A stretch of DNA of 64,000 nucleotides from Thermomonas sp. (GCF_025993755.1 NZ_JAMQHN010000136.1:1823-65822); one strand, 5' to 3'; positions 1-10,964 are shown, counted from the stretch's first letter. Notes: generated by a model from the sequence alone, not told the origin. Program-made: numbers and translations.

Positions 1-220
1 GCTGGCGCTGCAGATGATCCAGGTGGGCGAGGAATCCGGCGCGCTGGACGCGATGCTGCTCAAGACCGCCGACACCTTCGAGCAGGACACCCAGACGGCG
101 ATGGATCGCCTGCTGGCGGCGCTGGTTCCGGCGGTCACGTTGCTGCTGGCGGTGGTGGTCGGCGTGGTCATCCTGTCGGTGCTGGCGCCGATCTACGACC
201 TGACCAATGTCGTCGGCTGA
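1..220 (+). CDS. xpsF: Type II secretion inner-membrane protein F (GspF/XpsF), 3' part only
   Basis: MIQVGEESGALDAMLLKTAD...LAPIYDL is the GspF/PilC C-terminus; lies directly upstream of the pseudopilin genes; truncated by the window edge. Confidence 0.93.
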   Translation, partial: LALQMIQVGEESGALDAMLLKTADTFEQDTQTAMDRLLAALVPAVTLLLAVVVGVVILSVLAPIYDLTNVVG

Positions 221-319
221 ATGAAGGGGCGTGATTCCGCGCCCAGCGACCGACGTCGTTTCGCCACGGATGGCCGCGATCACGCACAATGCGTTGTTGA
301 TTTCAATCCAGAGGCATCC

Positions 320-751
320 ATGCGCAATCCTCAGCTGATTCGACCGGTTCCACGGGCCACCCAGAGCGGTTTCACCCTGATCGAGATCATCGTCGTCGTG
401 GTGCTGATCGGCGGCATCGTCGCTTTCGCCGCTTCGCGCATCCTCGGTGGCGGCGACCGCGCCAAGGTCCGGCTGGCGCAGGCGCAGATCCAGACCCTGG
501 CCGACAAGGTGCAGGAATACCAGAACGACACCGGCACCCTGCCGCCGACGCTGGATGCGCTGGTGAACCAGCCGGGCGACGCGCAGGGGTGGCTGGGGCC
601 GTATGCCAAGCCCGGCGACCTCAATGATCCCTGGATGCACCCGCTGCAGTACAAGGTGCCGGGCGATGGACGACCGTTCGACCTGATCAGCTACGGCGCC
701 GATGGCCAGCCCGGCGGCGACAGCGTCAACGCTGACATCAAGTTCGAGTAA
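320..751 (+). CDS. xpsG: T2SS major pseudopilin G
   Basis: Prepilin site QSG|FTLIE, plus WLGPY, DPW and SYGADG GspG motifs; ATG 320 preceded by GAGG (in-frame ATG 221 is an alternative). Confidence 0.95.
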   Translation: MRNPQLIRPVPRATQSGFTLIEIIVVVVLIGGIVAFAASRILGGGDRAKVRLAQAQIQTLADKVQEYQNDTGTLPPTLDALVNQPGDAQGWLGPYAKPGDLNDPWMHPLQYKVPGDGRPFDLISYGADGQPGGDSVNADIKFE

Positions 752-765
752 ACCCGCCCGCTGCC

Positions 766-1290
766 ATGCGCGCAAGCAAGCAGCCCCCCGGATCGTGGCG
801 AAGCGGCGCGGAGCCGCCGCCGCTGGTGGCCGGCTTGGCTGGCGTGCGGGGGTTCACCCTGCTGGAAATCCTGGTGGTGATGGTGCTGATCGCCGCCGGC
901 AGCCTGCTCGCGGCAGGTATTTTCAACGGCGGCGGGATGCGTGGGGCGAAGCTGCATACGGCAGCGCGCGAGGTGGCGGCACAACTGCGCTTCACCCGGG
1001 CGGCGGCGATCAGCAGCGGCCAGCCGCAGGAATTCAGGATCGACCCGCACGCGCGCTCCTGGAGCGCCGCCAAGGGGCGTCACGGCAGCCTGACCTCGAC
1101 CGGTGAACTGGTGTTCGTCGGTGCGCGCGCGCAGCAGGGCGCGGACGGCGAGGGCGTGGTCCGGTTCTTCCCCGACGGGGCGGCCACCGGCGGCCGGATC
1201 CGGTTCCTTGCCAATGGCGCCGGCTGGGACGTGGACGTGACCTGGCTGACCGGCGAGGTGCGCGTGCGCCGCACGCAAGAGCGTCGATGA
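766..1290 (+). CDS. xpsH: T2SS minor pseudopilin H
   Basis: RG|FTLLE N-methyl site; RFFPDGAATGG and WLTGEV typical of XpsH; operon order. Confidence 0.9.
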   Translation: MRASKQPPGSWRSGAEPPPLVAGLAGVRGFTLLEILVVMVLIAAGSLLAAGIFNGGGMRGAKLHTAAREVAAQLRFTRAAAISSGQPQEFRIDPHARSWSAAKGRHGSLTSTGELVFVGARAQQGADGEGVVRFFPDGAATGGRIRFLANGAGWDVDVTWLTGEVRVRRTQERR

Positions 1291-1753
1291 GTCTGCGGCT
1301 CCAGGCATCGCGTCGTTCCGGATCGGGCCCGTCGTGCGCGCGCCGGCAGGGCGGCTTCACCCTGCTTGAGATCATCGTCGCCTTCGGCATCCTCGCCATC
1401 GGCCTGACCCTGCTGCTGGGCACGCTGTCCGGCGCCAGCCGCCAGCTGCGCGACGCCGGCGATGCCGGCAATGCGGCGCTGGTGGCCCAGTCCCTGCTGG
1501 CCAGCCATGCCGAACTGCTGGTCCAGCCCGTGCGCCTGAGCGGGGATGCGGAGAACGGTCGCTATCGGTGGCAACTCGAGGCGACGCCCTGGCAGGATCC
1601 GAGCCTGCGGGGGGTGAAGACCCCGGTCGACGCTGGCGCCGCGCACCTGCTCCACGTCCGGCTCGACATGGAATGGGGCGAAGGCGGCCCGCGCCAGCAG
1701 TTGCATCTGTCGACGTTGCGGCTGGCGCTGCCGCCGCGCGATCTGGAAATGCG

Positions 1754-1757
<4 letters not shown>
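1287..1757 (+). CDS. xpsI: T2SS minor pseudopilin I
   Basis: GG|FTLLEIIVAF; ATGA overlap with xpsH; operon order. Confidence 0.9.
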
Positions 1758-2445
<688 letters not shown>

Positions 2446-2449
<4 letters not shown>

Positions 2450-3273
2450 AGCGCGCACAAGGTGCCGCACTGCTGATGGTGCTGTGGATCATCCTGATGT
2501 TGGCCGGGCTGGTGTCCGGCTATGCGCTGAGTGCGCGGGTCGAATCGATGCAAGGCAACGGGCTGGCGCGCGAACTGGCGGCCCGCGAAGCGGCGCGGGC
2601 GGGCGTGGAGTACGCCGTCAAGCGAATGCTCGAGCCGAATGCCAATCGCCGCTTCGCCGCCGACGGCCGCGTCAACCGCCTCGTGTTCGAAGGCACGCCG
2701 GTGGATGTCGAGGTGCGCGACGAGACCGCCAAGATCGACCTCAACGCCGCCGCGCCCGAACTGCTGCAGGCCTTCTTCCAGGCGCTGGGCGAGCCGCGCG
2801 AGCGCGCCGTCAAACTCGCCCTCGCCATCGTCGATTGGCGCGATCCCGACAGCCTGACCCAGCCAGGCGGCGGCGCGGAGGATGCCGACTACGCGGCCGC
2901 CGGGTTGGCCTGGGGCGCCAAGGACGCGCCGTTTTCCAGCGTTTCCGAACTGGAGCAGGTGCTGGGCATGCGTCCGGCGCTGTTCAAGGCCGCGGCGCCG
3001 TTCCTGACCGTCTATACCGGCAGCGCGATGCCGGATCCGCAGTTTGCCGACGGCATCGTGCTTCAGGCGATGGGGATGAACGGCAAGATTCCAGCCGCCG
3101 ATCCGGATGCACCTCCCCGTCCGGGCAGCGGAACGTATAGTATCGACAGCCGTGCACGACGCACCGACGGGCGCATCGCCCGGATATCGGTGGTCTTGCG
3201 AATGGGAGGCAACGGTTTGCCGGGATCGACATACACACCCCTGCGCTGGCAGGCGGACGGAGGGTGGCAGTGA
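2446..3273 (+). CDS. xpsK: T2SS minor pseudopilin K
   Basis: MKRAQG|AALLMVLW, KIDLNAA, IVDWRD and ELEQVLGM GspK motifs; GGAGG SD. Confidence 0.93.
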
Positions 3274-4430
3274 CCGCTGCCGCTTCCCTGACTGCGTCCG
3301 GCGCCCGGCTTGGCAGCGGACTGCGCGGTTTCTTCGATTGGTGGGGTGCGGGCCTCGCGCAGTGGTTGCCGGCGCGCCTGCGCGCCGTGCTGGCGGCGCG
3401 CGGCGATCGCCTCCTGCTGGTGCCGCAGGGCGATGAACTGCTGCTGCAGCGCTGGCACGAGGGGCAGGTCAGGGAACTGACGGCGTTGCCGCTGCCGCTT
3501 CCTTCCGACCGTGACGCGCTCGATGGCGTGCTGCGCGAACCGCTGGCGGAACTGCCGCGCTGGCTGCTGCTGCCGGCCGCGCAGGGTCTGCGTCGCCCCC
3601 TGAACCTGCCGGCCGCGACGCGGGATCGGCTGCGCGCCGTGCTGGGATTCGAGATCGAACGACAGACGCCGTTCGCCGCCGATGCGGTGCTGTATGACGG
3701 CCGCCTGCTCGGCGAACGCGCCGACGGTTCGCTGCAGGTGGAACTGGTGGTGGTGCCGCGCCAGCGTTTCGACGCCGTGGGCGCGCGGCTGGGAGGGTTG
3801 GGCGCACGTCTGGCCGGGATCGACCTTGCCGACGGCGAGGGTCGGGCGCTGGGCGTCAACCTGCTGGCGCCGGCGCAGCGCTTCCTTCGTCGCGATCCCT
3901 GGCGTTGGCTGAATCTGGGGCTGGGGCTGGTGGCGCTGCTGGCGCTGGTGCTCGGGCTGCATCAACTTCTGGCCAATCGGCGTGCGGCCGCGGTTGAACT
4001 GCAGGCGACCATCGCCCGGCGCCAGACGCAGGCGCAGGGGATCAGCGCCGCCCGTCAGCGGGTGGTGGATTCGGTCGAAGGCGAAACGTTCCTTCGCGCC
4101 TTGCGCAGCGGAAGGCCGGCATCGGTCGAGGTCATGGAAGCCCTGGCGCAGCGCATTCCCGAGGGTACCTATCTGGAGAAACTGTCGATCGAAGGCAACC
4201 AGCTGACCATGATCGGCCTGTCGAACCAGGCGGCCGCACTGGTCGGGCAGCTGGAGGGCGCGCCACAGTGGACCTCGGCGGCGCTCAGCGGCGCGCTGCA
4301 GGCCGATCCGCGTTCGCGACTCGATCGATTCACCATGGTGGCCCAGCTTGCGAAGCTTGGGGCGCCAGCGGCCGCGCCGGCCGCACCGGCGCCGGCGGCG
4401 GCCGGGGAGGAGGCCGGTGATGCGCGCTGA
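3270..4430 (+). CDS. xpsL: T2SS assembly platform protein L (PilN-like C-domain)
   Basis: FEIERQTPF motif and single TM segment; GTGA overlap with xpsK. Confidence 0.9.
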   Translation: MTAAASLTASGARLGSGLRGFFDWWGAGLAQWLPARLRAVLAARGDRLLLVPQGDELLLQRWHEGQVRELTALPLPLPSDRDALDGVLREPLAELPRWLLLPAAQGLRRPLNLPAATRDRLRAVLGFEIERQTPFAADAVLYDGRLLGERADGSLQVELVVVPRQRFDAVGARLGGLGARLAGIDLADGEGRALGVNLLAPAQRFLRRDPWRWLNLGLGLVALLALVLGLHQLLANRRAAAVELQATIARRQTQAQGISAARQRVVDSVEGETFLRALRSGRPASVEVMEALAQRIPEGTYLEKLSIEGNQLTMIGLSNQAAALVGQLEGAPQWTSAALSGALQADPRSRLDRFTMVAQLAKLGAPAAAPAAPAPAAAGEEAGDAR

Positions 4431-5019
4431 GCCGAACCGCTGGTACGCGCTGCTGTTGCTGCTTGGCGTGCTCGGGCTGGCCTACCTGCTGGTGCTGCGG
4501 CCGCTGTTCGCGGTGCCGCTGGCCGAAGTCGAGGGCAGGATCAGCGATTTGCAGATGCGCAATGCGCGCCTGCGCAGCCTGCTGCTGTTGCGCCCGCAAA
4601 TCGAGAAGCGCCTGGCCGATCTGGATGCCGAGGGCAGCGGTTTCCTGCCCCAGCCCAGCGCCGAACTTGCGACCGCGGCATTGGTCCAGCAGCTCGAACA
4701 GGTGGTCAGCGAGGCAAGTCCCGGCAGTCGCGGCTGCGCCATCGTCAACCGCGAACCGCTGGCGGACGATCGCCAGCAGGAGCGCTATCGCCGGGTGACG
4801 GTGCAGGTACGACTGCGTTGCGGCAACGCGGAGACCCTGAAAGTGCTGCACGCGCTGGAGTCGGCGCGTCCCTACGTATTCGTCGACAACCTGCAGATCA
4901 CCGCGCAGCGGTATTTCGCGGTGCCGGGAAGCAACGAGCCGCAGGAAGGCGGTCTCGACGTCAGCTTCAATCTCTACGGCTACGTGCTGCCGTATCCGGA
5001 GGCCGCCCGTGGCCGTTGA
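4420..5019 (+). CDS. xpsM: T2SS assembly platform protein M
   Basis: N-terminal TM, coiled coil, LHALESARPYVFVDNL; operon order. Confidence 0.88.
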   Translation: MRAEPNRWYALLLLLGVLGLAYLLVLRPLFAVPLAEVEGRISDLQMRNARLRSLLLLRPQIEKRLADLDAEGSGFLPQPSAELATAALVQQLEQVVSEASPGSRGCAIVNREPLADDRQQERYRRVTVQVRLRCGNAETLKVLHALESARPYVFVDNLQITAQRYFAVPGSNEPQEGGLDVSFNLYGYVLPYPEAARGR

Positions 5020-5746
5020 TCGCAGCGACAACCGCCACCTGCTCCAGGCCGGCCCGCTGACCTGGCTGCTGGCGGCCATCTGCGGCTGGGCGCTGCTGTT
5101 GTGGCTGTCGGCCCTGTTCGGGCTGGGTGGCCGGGCTGGATTGGTGAAGTCGCCCAAGTCGATGGCGTTGCCGCCGCCGCTGCCGGCAGCGAGCGAACGG
5201 ATCGGTCCGCTTTCGGACTACCCGCAGGCCGCCCAGCACCCGTTGTTCACCCAGGATCGCCGCCCGCGCGCCTTCCTTGCCGCCGGTGCCGATGCGGCCG
5301 TCGCCGGCGCCGGTGGCGGCGACCTCGATTTCATTCTGACCGGAACCCTGATCACGCCCAGCCTGCGGCTGGCCGTGCTGCAGCCCAGCGCTGGCGGCGA
5401 TGCCCAGCGCGTGCGCGAAGGCGAGGTGCCCGAGGGTGCGGCCGGATGGCGGCTGATCGAAGTGCAACCGCGACGTGCGGTGTTTGAAGGCAGCGGTGGC
5501 CAGATGACCCTGGACCTGCGCACCTTTGGCGCCCCCGGCGCGCCACCTTCGGCAACGCCTGCGGAAGCCGGCAGCAACGCCGCCGCACAACCGCCGGCAG
5601 GCGATGATGCGGCGACTGCCACGTCGGTCGAAGACATTCGTCGCCGCATCGAGGAACGACGCGCCCAACTGCGCGCGCAGGGCGAAATTCCGGCCGATGC
5701 TGGCCCACCACCTTCACGGCCGATGTCGGGGCCGGACAGACGATGA
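5009..5746 (+). CDS. xpsN: T2SS protein N (XpsN, GspC-like)
   Basis: N-terminal TM, PLFTQDRRP and LTGTLITP motifs; sits between M and D. Confidence 0.85.
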   Translation: MAVDRSDNRHLLQAGPLTWLLAAICGWALLLWLSALFGLGGRAGLVKSPKSMALPPPLPAASERIGPLSDYPQAAQHPLFTQDRRPRAFLAAGADAAVAGAGGGDLDFILTGTLITPSLRLAVLQPSAGGDAQRVREGEVPEGAAGWRLIEVQPRRAVFEGSGGQMTLDLRTFGAPGAPPSATPAEAGSNAAAQPPAGDDAATATSVEDIRRRIEERRAQLRAQGEIPADAGPPPSRPMSGPDRR

Positions 5747-7986
5747 CCGAAGCCAAGATCATGAAACCCGAACGCACTTTGTCGAGATTCCGCCCACTGC
5801 TGGCCGCCCTGCTGGCGGGTCTGCTGGCAGCCTGCGCCAGTGCGCCCACCGCACGGATGGAACGCAGCGAACAGGTGACCAACCAGAGCACCCTGCCGCC
5901 CGATGCCAACGCCATCCGCCGCGATGTGCTGGAGGAACTCGGCAACGAAAGCCCGCGCCCGGTGATCCGCCGCGGCACCGCGCCGCGCATCAACGACCGC
6001 GTTGCCGCGCTGCCGCCGCCGGCTTTGGCCAGCAGCGGTCAGGCCACCTTCAATTTCGAGGGCGAATCGGTCCAGGCGGTGGTCAAGGCGATCCTTGGCG
6101 ACATGCTCGGCCAGAGCTACAGCATCGCGCCCGGCGTGCAGGGCACGGTGACGGTGGCCACCCAGCGGCCGGTCGGCGCCGCCGGCGCGCTCAGCCTGCT
6201 CGATCAGGTGCTGGCGCAAAACGGCGCGCGCATGGTTTACAGCGACGGCCGCTACAACATCGTGCCGGCCGACCAGGCGCTGGTGAACGGCGTGGTTCCG
6301 CGCACCGGCTCGCCGGCACTGGCGCGCGGCTACGAGTCGCGGGTGATCACCCTGCGCTACATCTCGGCCGCCGAGATGGAGAAAATCCTCAAGCCTTACG
6401 CGCGCCAGGGTTCCATCGTCAGCGTCGATTCCGGACGCAACATCATCACGATCGCCGGCACCCGAGCCGAGCTGGAGAACTACCAGCGGACCGTGCAGAT
6501 TTTCGACGTCGACTGGATGTCGAGCATGTCGGTGGGCGTCTATCCGCTGCAATCCGGGCGCGCCTCCGACGTGGTGCAGGATCTGGAACGGGTGTTCGGT
6601 GAGCAGGGCCATACGCCGGTTGCGGGGATGTTCCGCTTCATGCCGCTGGATTCCACCAATTCGGTGATGGTGATCACCAGCCAGCCCGCCTACCTCGACC
6701 AGATCCAGCAATGGATCGATCGCATCGAGGGTGGCAGCGGCGACGGCCGCCTGTTCTCGTATGAGCTCAAGTACATTCGCGCCCGCGATCTGGCCAACCG
6801 ACTGGCCGAGGTGTTCGGCGGCGCTCCCGAGCGTGACGGCGGCGGTTCCGGCCCGGTGTCGATGATGCCGGGTCTGGAATCGACCGAGATCCGCGACTCG
6901 GGCGTCGATGACCGTTCCGGCGGCTCGGCGGCCACGATCGGCGGGTCGCGCGAGGGCGATGCCGGCGGCGTTGGCGGCGGCACCGGCGTCGGGCGCGGCG
7001 AAGGCGCCAGCCTCCCGCAGAACACCGCTTCCGGCGGCAGCCGCGTCACGCTGCAGGTGGATGGCAGCCGCGTCGGCGTGTCGGCGGTAGACGACACCAA
7101 TTCGCTGCTGGTACGCGCCACGCCGGGGCAGTGGCGCTCAATCCGGCAAGTGATCGAACGTCTCGACGTGATGCCGATGCAGGTCCACATCGAGGCCCAG
7201 GTGCTCAGCGTCGCCCTCAAGGGCCAGCTGCAGTACGGCGTGAACTGGTTCTTCCGCAATTCGCTGCCGACCGCGCTGCTGCCGTATCCGACCGGGCGCA
7301 ACAGTTTCGGCGGCTATGCCGGCAGCCTGACGCCACCAGCGCTGGGCGGCGACAGTGCGCTGAGCTGGACCTTCCTCGGCCACAGCGCGGCCGCGATCGT
7401 CAACGCCCTGGACAGCGTGACCGACGTGCGCACGCTGTCCTCGCCGTCCGTGCTGACCCAGAACAACCGCGAGGCCACGCTCAACGTCGGCCAGAAGATT
7501 CCGATCGCCTCGGTCAGCTTCAATCCGGCCATGGGCGGCGCCAACGGCACCTACAGCCAGGTCCAGTACCTCGATACCGGCATCATCCTGAAGGTGCGCC
7601 CGCGCATCACCCGCGACGGCATGGTCTTCCTCGACATCGTGCAGGAAGTCAGCCGGCCGACCGGCATCGCCGACGCCAACGGCAATGTTCGCATCGACAC
7701 CAGCCGGGTCAGCACCAGCGCGGTGGCGCCCAGCGGCGAGACCGTGGTGCTGGCCGGCCTGATCAGCGACGGCACCACACAGGGCTCCTCCGGGATGCCG
7801 GGGCTGAGCCGGATCCCGGTGCTGGGTGGACTGTTTGGCCAGCAGGGCAACAGCAAGACGCGCGACGAACTGGTGATCCTGATCACGCCGACGGTGGTGC
7901 GCGATCCGCTGGAAGCGCGCGCCCTGACCGACGAATATGGGCAGCGTTTCCGCGCCCTGGAGCCGATCTACAAACCCAAGCAGTGA
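5743..7986 (+). CDS. xpsD: T2SS secretin D (lipoprotein secretin)
   Basis: Lipobox LLAAC, FNFEGES N0 domain, QVHIEAQV and PGLSRIPVLGGLFG secretin motifs; start may be 5761. Confidence 0.96.
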   Translation: MTEAKIMKPERTLSRFRPLLAALLAGLLAACASAPTARMERSEQVTNQSTLPPDANAIRRDVLEELGNESPRPVIRRGTAPRINDRVAALPPPALASSGQATFNFEGESVQAVVKAILGDMLGQSYSIAPGVQGTVTVATQRPVGAAGALSLLDQVLAQNGARMVYSDGRYNIVPADQALVNGVVPRTGSPALARGYESRVITLRYISAAEMEKILKPYARQGSIVSVDSGRNIITIAGTRAELENYQRTVQIFDVDWMSSMSVGVYPLQSGRASDVVQDLERVFGEQGHTPVAGMFRFMPLDSTNSVMVITSQPAYLDQIQQWIDRIEGGSGDGRLFSYELKYIRARDLANRLAEVFGGAPERDGGGSGPVSMMPGLESTEIRDSGVDDRSGGSAATIGGSREGDAGGVGGGTGVGRGEGASLPQNTASGGSRVTLQVDGSRVGVSAVDDTNSLLVRATPGQWRSIRQVIERLDVMPMQVHIEAQVLSVALKGQLQYGVNWFFRNSLPTALLPYPTGRNSFGGYAGSLTPPALGGDSALSWTFLGHSAAAIVNALDSVTDVRTLSSPSVLTQNNREATLNVGQKIPIASVSFNPAMGGANGTYSQVQYLDTGIILKVRPRITRDGMVFLDIVQEVSRPTGIADANGNVRIDTSRVSTSAVAPSGETVVLAGLISDGTTQGSSGMPGLSRIPVLGGLFGQQGNSKTRDELVILITPTVVRDPLEARALTDEYGQRFRALEPIYKPKQ

Positions 7987-8837
7987 GCCCGTCCGGCGCG
8001 TCCCCGCCCATCGTCCTGGTGCCGGTCGGCAGCGATGAGGGCGCGCTCGATGCCTGCCTCGCCGCGCTGGATGCGGGGACGCCGGCCGGCACCCGCGTCT
8101 GGCTGGCCGACAACGCGCAGTCGGGTCCGCGCGGCGGTGCCCTGATCGATGGCTGGCTGGCGCGTACGCGGCTGCAGGCGGCCTATACGCGGCGGGCGAC
8201 GCCGGTGTCCGAGGCGGCCCACCTGGACGAGGCGCTGCGCGCCTGTGGAAAAGCGAACGTCGCGATTCTCAGCCACGATTCCCGGCCGCTGCCGGGTTGG
8301 CTGGATGCGCTCTCCGGCTGTTTCGAGCGCGAAGCGTTGATCGCGACAGCGACGCCCTGGTGCAACGCCGGCGAGACCGCCGCCTGGCCGCGGGTCGGGG
8401 ATATCGAACTGGAACTGCCATCACCGCAGAGATTGGCCGACGCCTGCCGACAGTTGCCTGCCGAAGCACCCGGGCTTCCGGCAGCCGTCGCGCACGCGGT
8501 GCTGCTGCGTGGCGACGCCTGTGAGGCGGCCGGAGGCCTGGATGCGGTCAGCTTCCGTTCCTGGCCGGTGGCGCTGGCCGACCTGTCGCTGCGGCTGGAA
8601 GGGTTGGGCTGGCGCAACGTGCTGTGTCCTTCGGCATTCGTCCTGCGCGATGGCGAGAGCGTCCCCGGCAATGGCGACATGGACGCGCTGGCGGCGCGCT
8701 GGCCGAACTGGAATGCGCGGATCGCCGGCTTCCTGATGGACGATCCGCTGCGCGCGCTGCGGGAGCAGTTGAGCACGGTCCTTGCAGGCGATTCCCGGCA
8801 GTCCCCGCAACTCGACCTGTTTCCGGGCGTGGCGTGA
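7983..8837 (+). CDS. GT2-fold glycosyltransferase-like protein (degenerate motifs)
   Basis: PIVLVPVG, VWLADNA, GWLDAL, GGLDAVSF and DLSLRLEGLGWRNV match the GT2 fold; GTGA overlap with xpsD. Confidence 0.75.
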   Translation: MSPSGASPPIVLVPVGSDEGALDACLAALDAGTPAGTRVWLADNAQSGPRGGALIDGWLARTRLQAAYTRRATPVSEAAHLDEALRACGKANVAILSHDSRPLPGWLDALSGCFEREALIATATPWCNAGETAAWPRVGDIELELPSPQRLADACRQLPAEAPGLPAAVAHAVLLRGDACEAAGGLDAVSFRSWPVALADLSLRLEGLGWRNVLCPSAFVLRDGESVPGNGDMDALAARWPNWNARIAGFLMDDPLRALREQLSTVLAGDSRQSPQLDLFPGVA

Positions 8838-9664
8838 ACTGCGCCGACATCGCCGCCGTGGTGGTGTCCTGGGACAGCGAGGAAACGCTCGACGGCTGCC
8901 TGACGCGGCTGCGTGGCGCCGAGGGCGTGGCCGAAATCCGCGTGGTCGACTGCGGCTCGACCGATAGCACCCTCACGATCGTGCAGCGGCACGCGGTGGC
9001 CGATTCCAGGTTCCACTTCATCGCCAATCCGGATCCGCCCGGACTGGGCGCCGCGCGCAACCAGGGCATCGCGGACTGTCGTGCTCCCTGGCTGGCGCTG
9101 CTGGATGCGGGCTGCCTGATCGAGCCCGATGCGCTTGCGCGCCTGCGCGATCTTGCTGCGCGGTACAACGCACTGGTGGGGGCCGATCTCGCGGATGAGT
9201 CAGGCGTTCGCGATCCGGCGGCGCGACTGGACGCCGGGCGTGGTGGTCCCGCCGGATGGTGGCGCTGGCTGGAATTGGCGCCAGCGGTCGCGACCCATGA
9301 AGAAGTGCAGGATGTTGCTGCGGTGTCGGGTGCGGTGATGGTGTTGCCGCGCGTGCTGTTCGATACGTTGAACGGGTTTGATCCGGCTCTGGCCACCGGA
9401 ATCGCGAACCTCGACCTGTGCCGGCGTGCACGCGCCTCCGGCGTGCGGATTGCATGCGCGAACGCGGTGCGGGTCACCCACGTACGGGGCATGCTCGCGC
9501 GAACGCATCCTGTTCACCTGATCTGGCATCGGCGCTTCGATGCCTCGCGCTTTCTTTGGCGTCGGGGCTCCAAAGCCTCAGCCCTGCTGGCATGGCCACG
9601 CATCTGGGTGGGCTTCCCGCTGGACCTGCTGCGCGTCCTCGCGCGCGTCGGTTCCGCGCCATGA
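8834..9664 (+). CDS. Glycosyltransferase family 2 protein (degenerate motifs)
   Basis: IAAVVVSW, VVDCGSTD, ARNQG, VSGAVM and LDLCRRAR; GTGA overlap with the previous gene. Confidence 0.8.
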   Translation: MNCADIAAVVVSWDSEETLDGCLTRLRGAEGVAEIRVVDCGSTDSTLTIVQRHAVADSRFHFIANPDPPGLGAARNQGIADCRAPWLALLDAGCLIEPDALARLRDLAARYNALVGADLADESGVRDPAARLDAGRGGPAGWWRWLELAPAVATHEEVQDVAAVSGAVMVLPRVLFDTLNGFDPALATGIANLDLCRRARASGVRIACANAVRVTHVRGMLARTHPVHLIWHRRFDASRFLWRRGSKASALLAWPRIWVGFPLDLLRVLARVGSAP

Positions 9665-9710
9665 GGTAACGCCGCAGGGCTCGACGCTGCGCTCCAGGAA
9701 GACCTTGCCT

Positions 9711-10052
9711 TCAGTCTTTCTCGTGCGCGTGCAGCATCGTGTCCAGCGCAAGGTTGGAGTGCGCGTAGGCGCCGCCGGCGCGCATTTCGGCCGCGACCCA
9801 GATCGCCTCCATGATCTGCGCTTCGGTGGCGCCGTGCTTGAGCGCCTCCGCGGTGTGGCCCTTGATGCAGTACGGGCACTGGGTGGTGTGCGCCACCGCG
9901 ACCGCGATCAGCTGCTTGGTGGCGTTGGGCAGCGCGCCGTCGGCGAACACCGCCGCGCTGAAATTGCGAAACGCTTCCAGTTGCTTCGGCGCCAGCTCGC
10001 GGCGTTTGCGCGACAGCTCGCCCCCCGGGGGCGGATACATTGCGTTGTCCAT
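9711..10052 (-). CDS. Carboxymuconolactone decarboxylase/AhpD-family protein
   Basis: KQLIAVAVAHTTQCPYCIKGH with CxxC; GATEAQIMEAIWVA. Confidence 0.9.
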   Translation of the reverse strand: MDNAMYPPPGGELSRKRRELAPKQLEAFRNFSAAVFADGALPNATKQLIAVAVAHTTQCPYCIKGHTAEALKHGATEAQIMEAIWVAAEMRAGGAYAHSNLALDTMLHAHEKD

Positions 10053-10128
10053 GACGATCCTGTTTTCGATTGGCCTTTGCGAGTGTGCGATCGCGAGCGT
10101 GTGCGGAACGTGAGCCCGAAGCGGCCTT

Positions 10129-10944
10129 TCAGCGGTGGCGGTTGATCGTGTCGCGCAAATCGCGCGCCGCTTCCGCCGCCGCCTCGGCATAACCTTCGCC
10201 GGAGGACGCATACAGGATGCCGCGCGAGGAGTTGATCATCAGGCCGGTGCCGTCGGCGGTCCTGCCGTTTCTCACTACCGCCGCCACGTCGCCGCCCTGG
10301 GCGCCAACGCCTGGGATCAGCAGCGGCATGTCGCCGACGATGCCGCGGATCACCTTCAACTCCTCCGGGAAGGTGGCGCCCACCACCAGCGCGCAGTTGC
10401 CGTCCACGTTCCAGTCGCTCGCAATGGTGCGGGCGATGTGCTGGTACAGCGGTGCGCCATCGATCAGCAGTTCCTGGAAGTCGCGCGCGCCGGGGTTGGA
10501 GGTATGGCAGAGGAACACGCAGCCGCGGTCGTTGTACGCAAGGAACGGTTCGGCGGAATCCTTGCCCATGTACGGGTTGAGCGTGACCGCGTCCGCCCCG
10601 AAGCGCTCGAACGCCTCGCAGGCGTACTGCGCCGCCGTGCTGCCGATGTCGCCGCGCTTGGCGTCGAGGATCACCGGCACGTCGGGATGGGCGCCGTTGA
10701 TGTGCGCGATCAGCCGCTGCAATGCGTCCTCGCCGCCGTTGTTCGCGGCGAAGTAGGCGATCTGCGGCTTGAATGCACAGGCGTACTCCGCCGTGGCATC
10801 GACGATGTCGCGGCAGAACGCGAACAGCGCATCGTCGTCATCGACAAAGCGATCAGGAAATTTCGCCGGATCCGGGTCGAGGCCGACGCAAAGCAGGGAG
10901 TCCGCCTGCTGCCAACGGTCACGCAGTTTGTCGATGAAGCCCAT
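10129..10944 (-). CDS. pyrF: Orotidine-5'-phosphate decarboxylase (subfamily 2)
   Basis: [36 protein letters not shown] and NSSRGILY. Confidence 0.96.
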   Translation of the reverse strand: MGFIDKLRDRWQQADSLLCVGLDPDPAKFPDRFVDDDDALFAFCRDIVDATAEYACAFKPQIAYFAANNGGEDALQRLIAHINGAHPDVPVILDAKRGDIGSTAAQYACEAFERFGADAVTLNPYMGKDSAEPFLAYNDRGCVFLCHTSNPGARDFQELLIDGAPLYQHIARTIASDWNVDGNCALVVGATFPEELKVIRGIVGDMPLLIPGVGAQGGDVAAVVRNGRTADGTGLMINSSRGILYASSGEGYAEAAAEAARDLRDTINRHR

Positions 10945-10964
10945 GTCGTTGCCCTTGCTCGAAG

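Noticed and set aside
3120..3260. Internal promoter in the xpsK 3' end (TATAGT at 3136-3141, local AT rise)
   Set aside because: No -35 or extended -10, and xpsK-xpsL are translationally coupled; cannot be supported.
6820..7045. Gly/Ser-rich low-complexity stretch in xpsD
   Set aside because: A disordered loop in the N3 domain is a known secretin feature.
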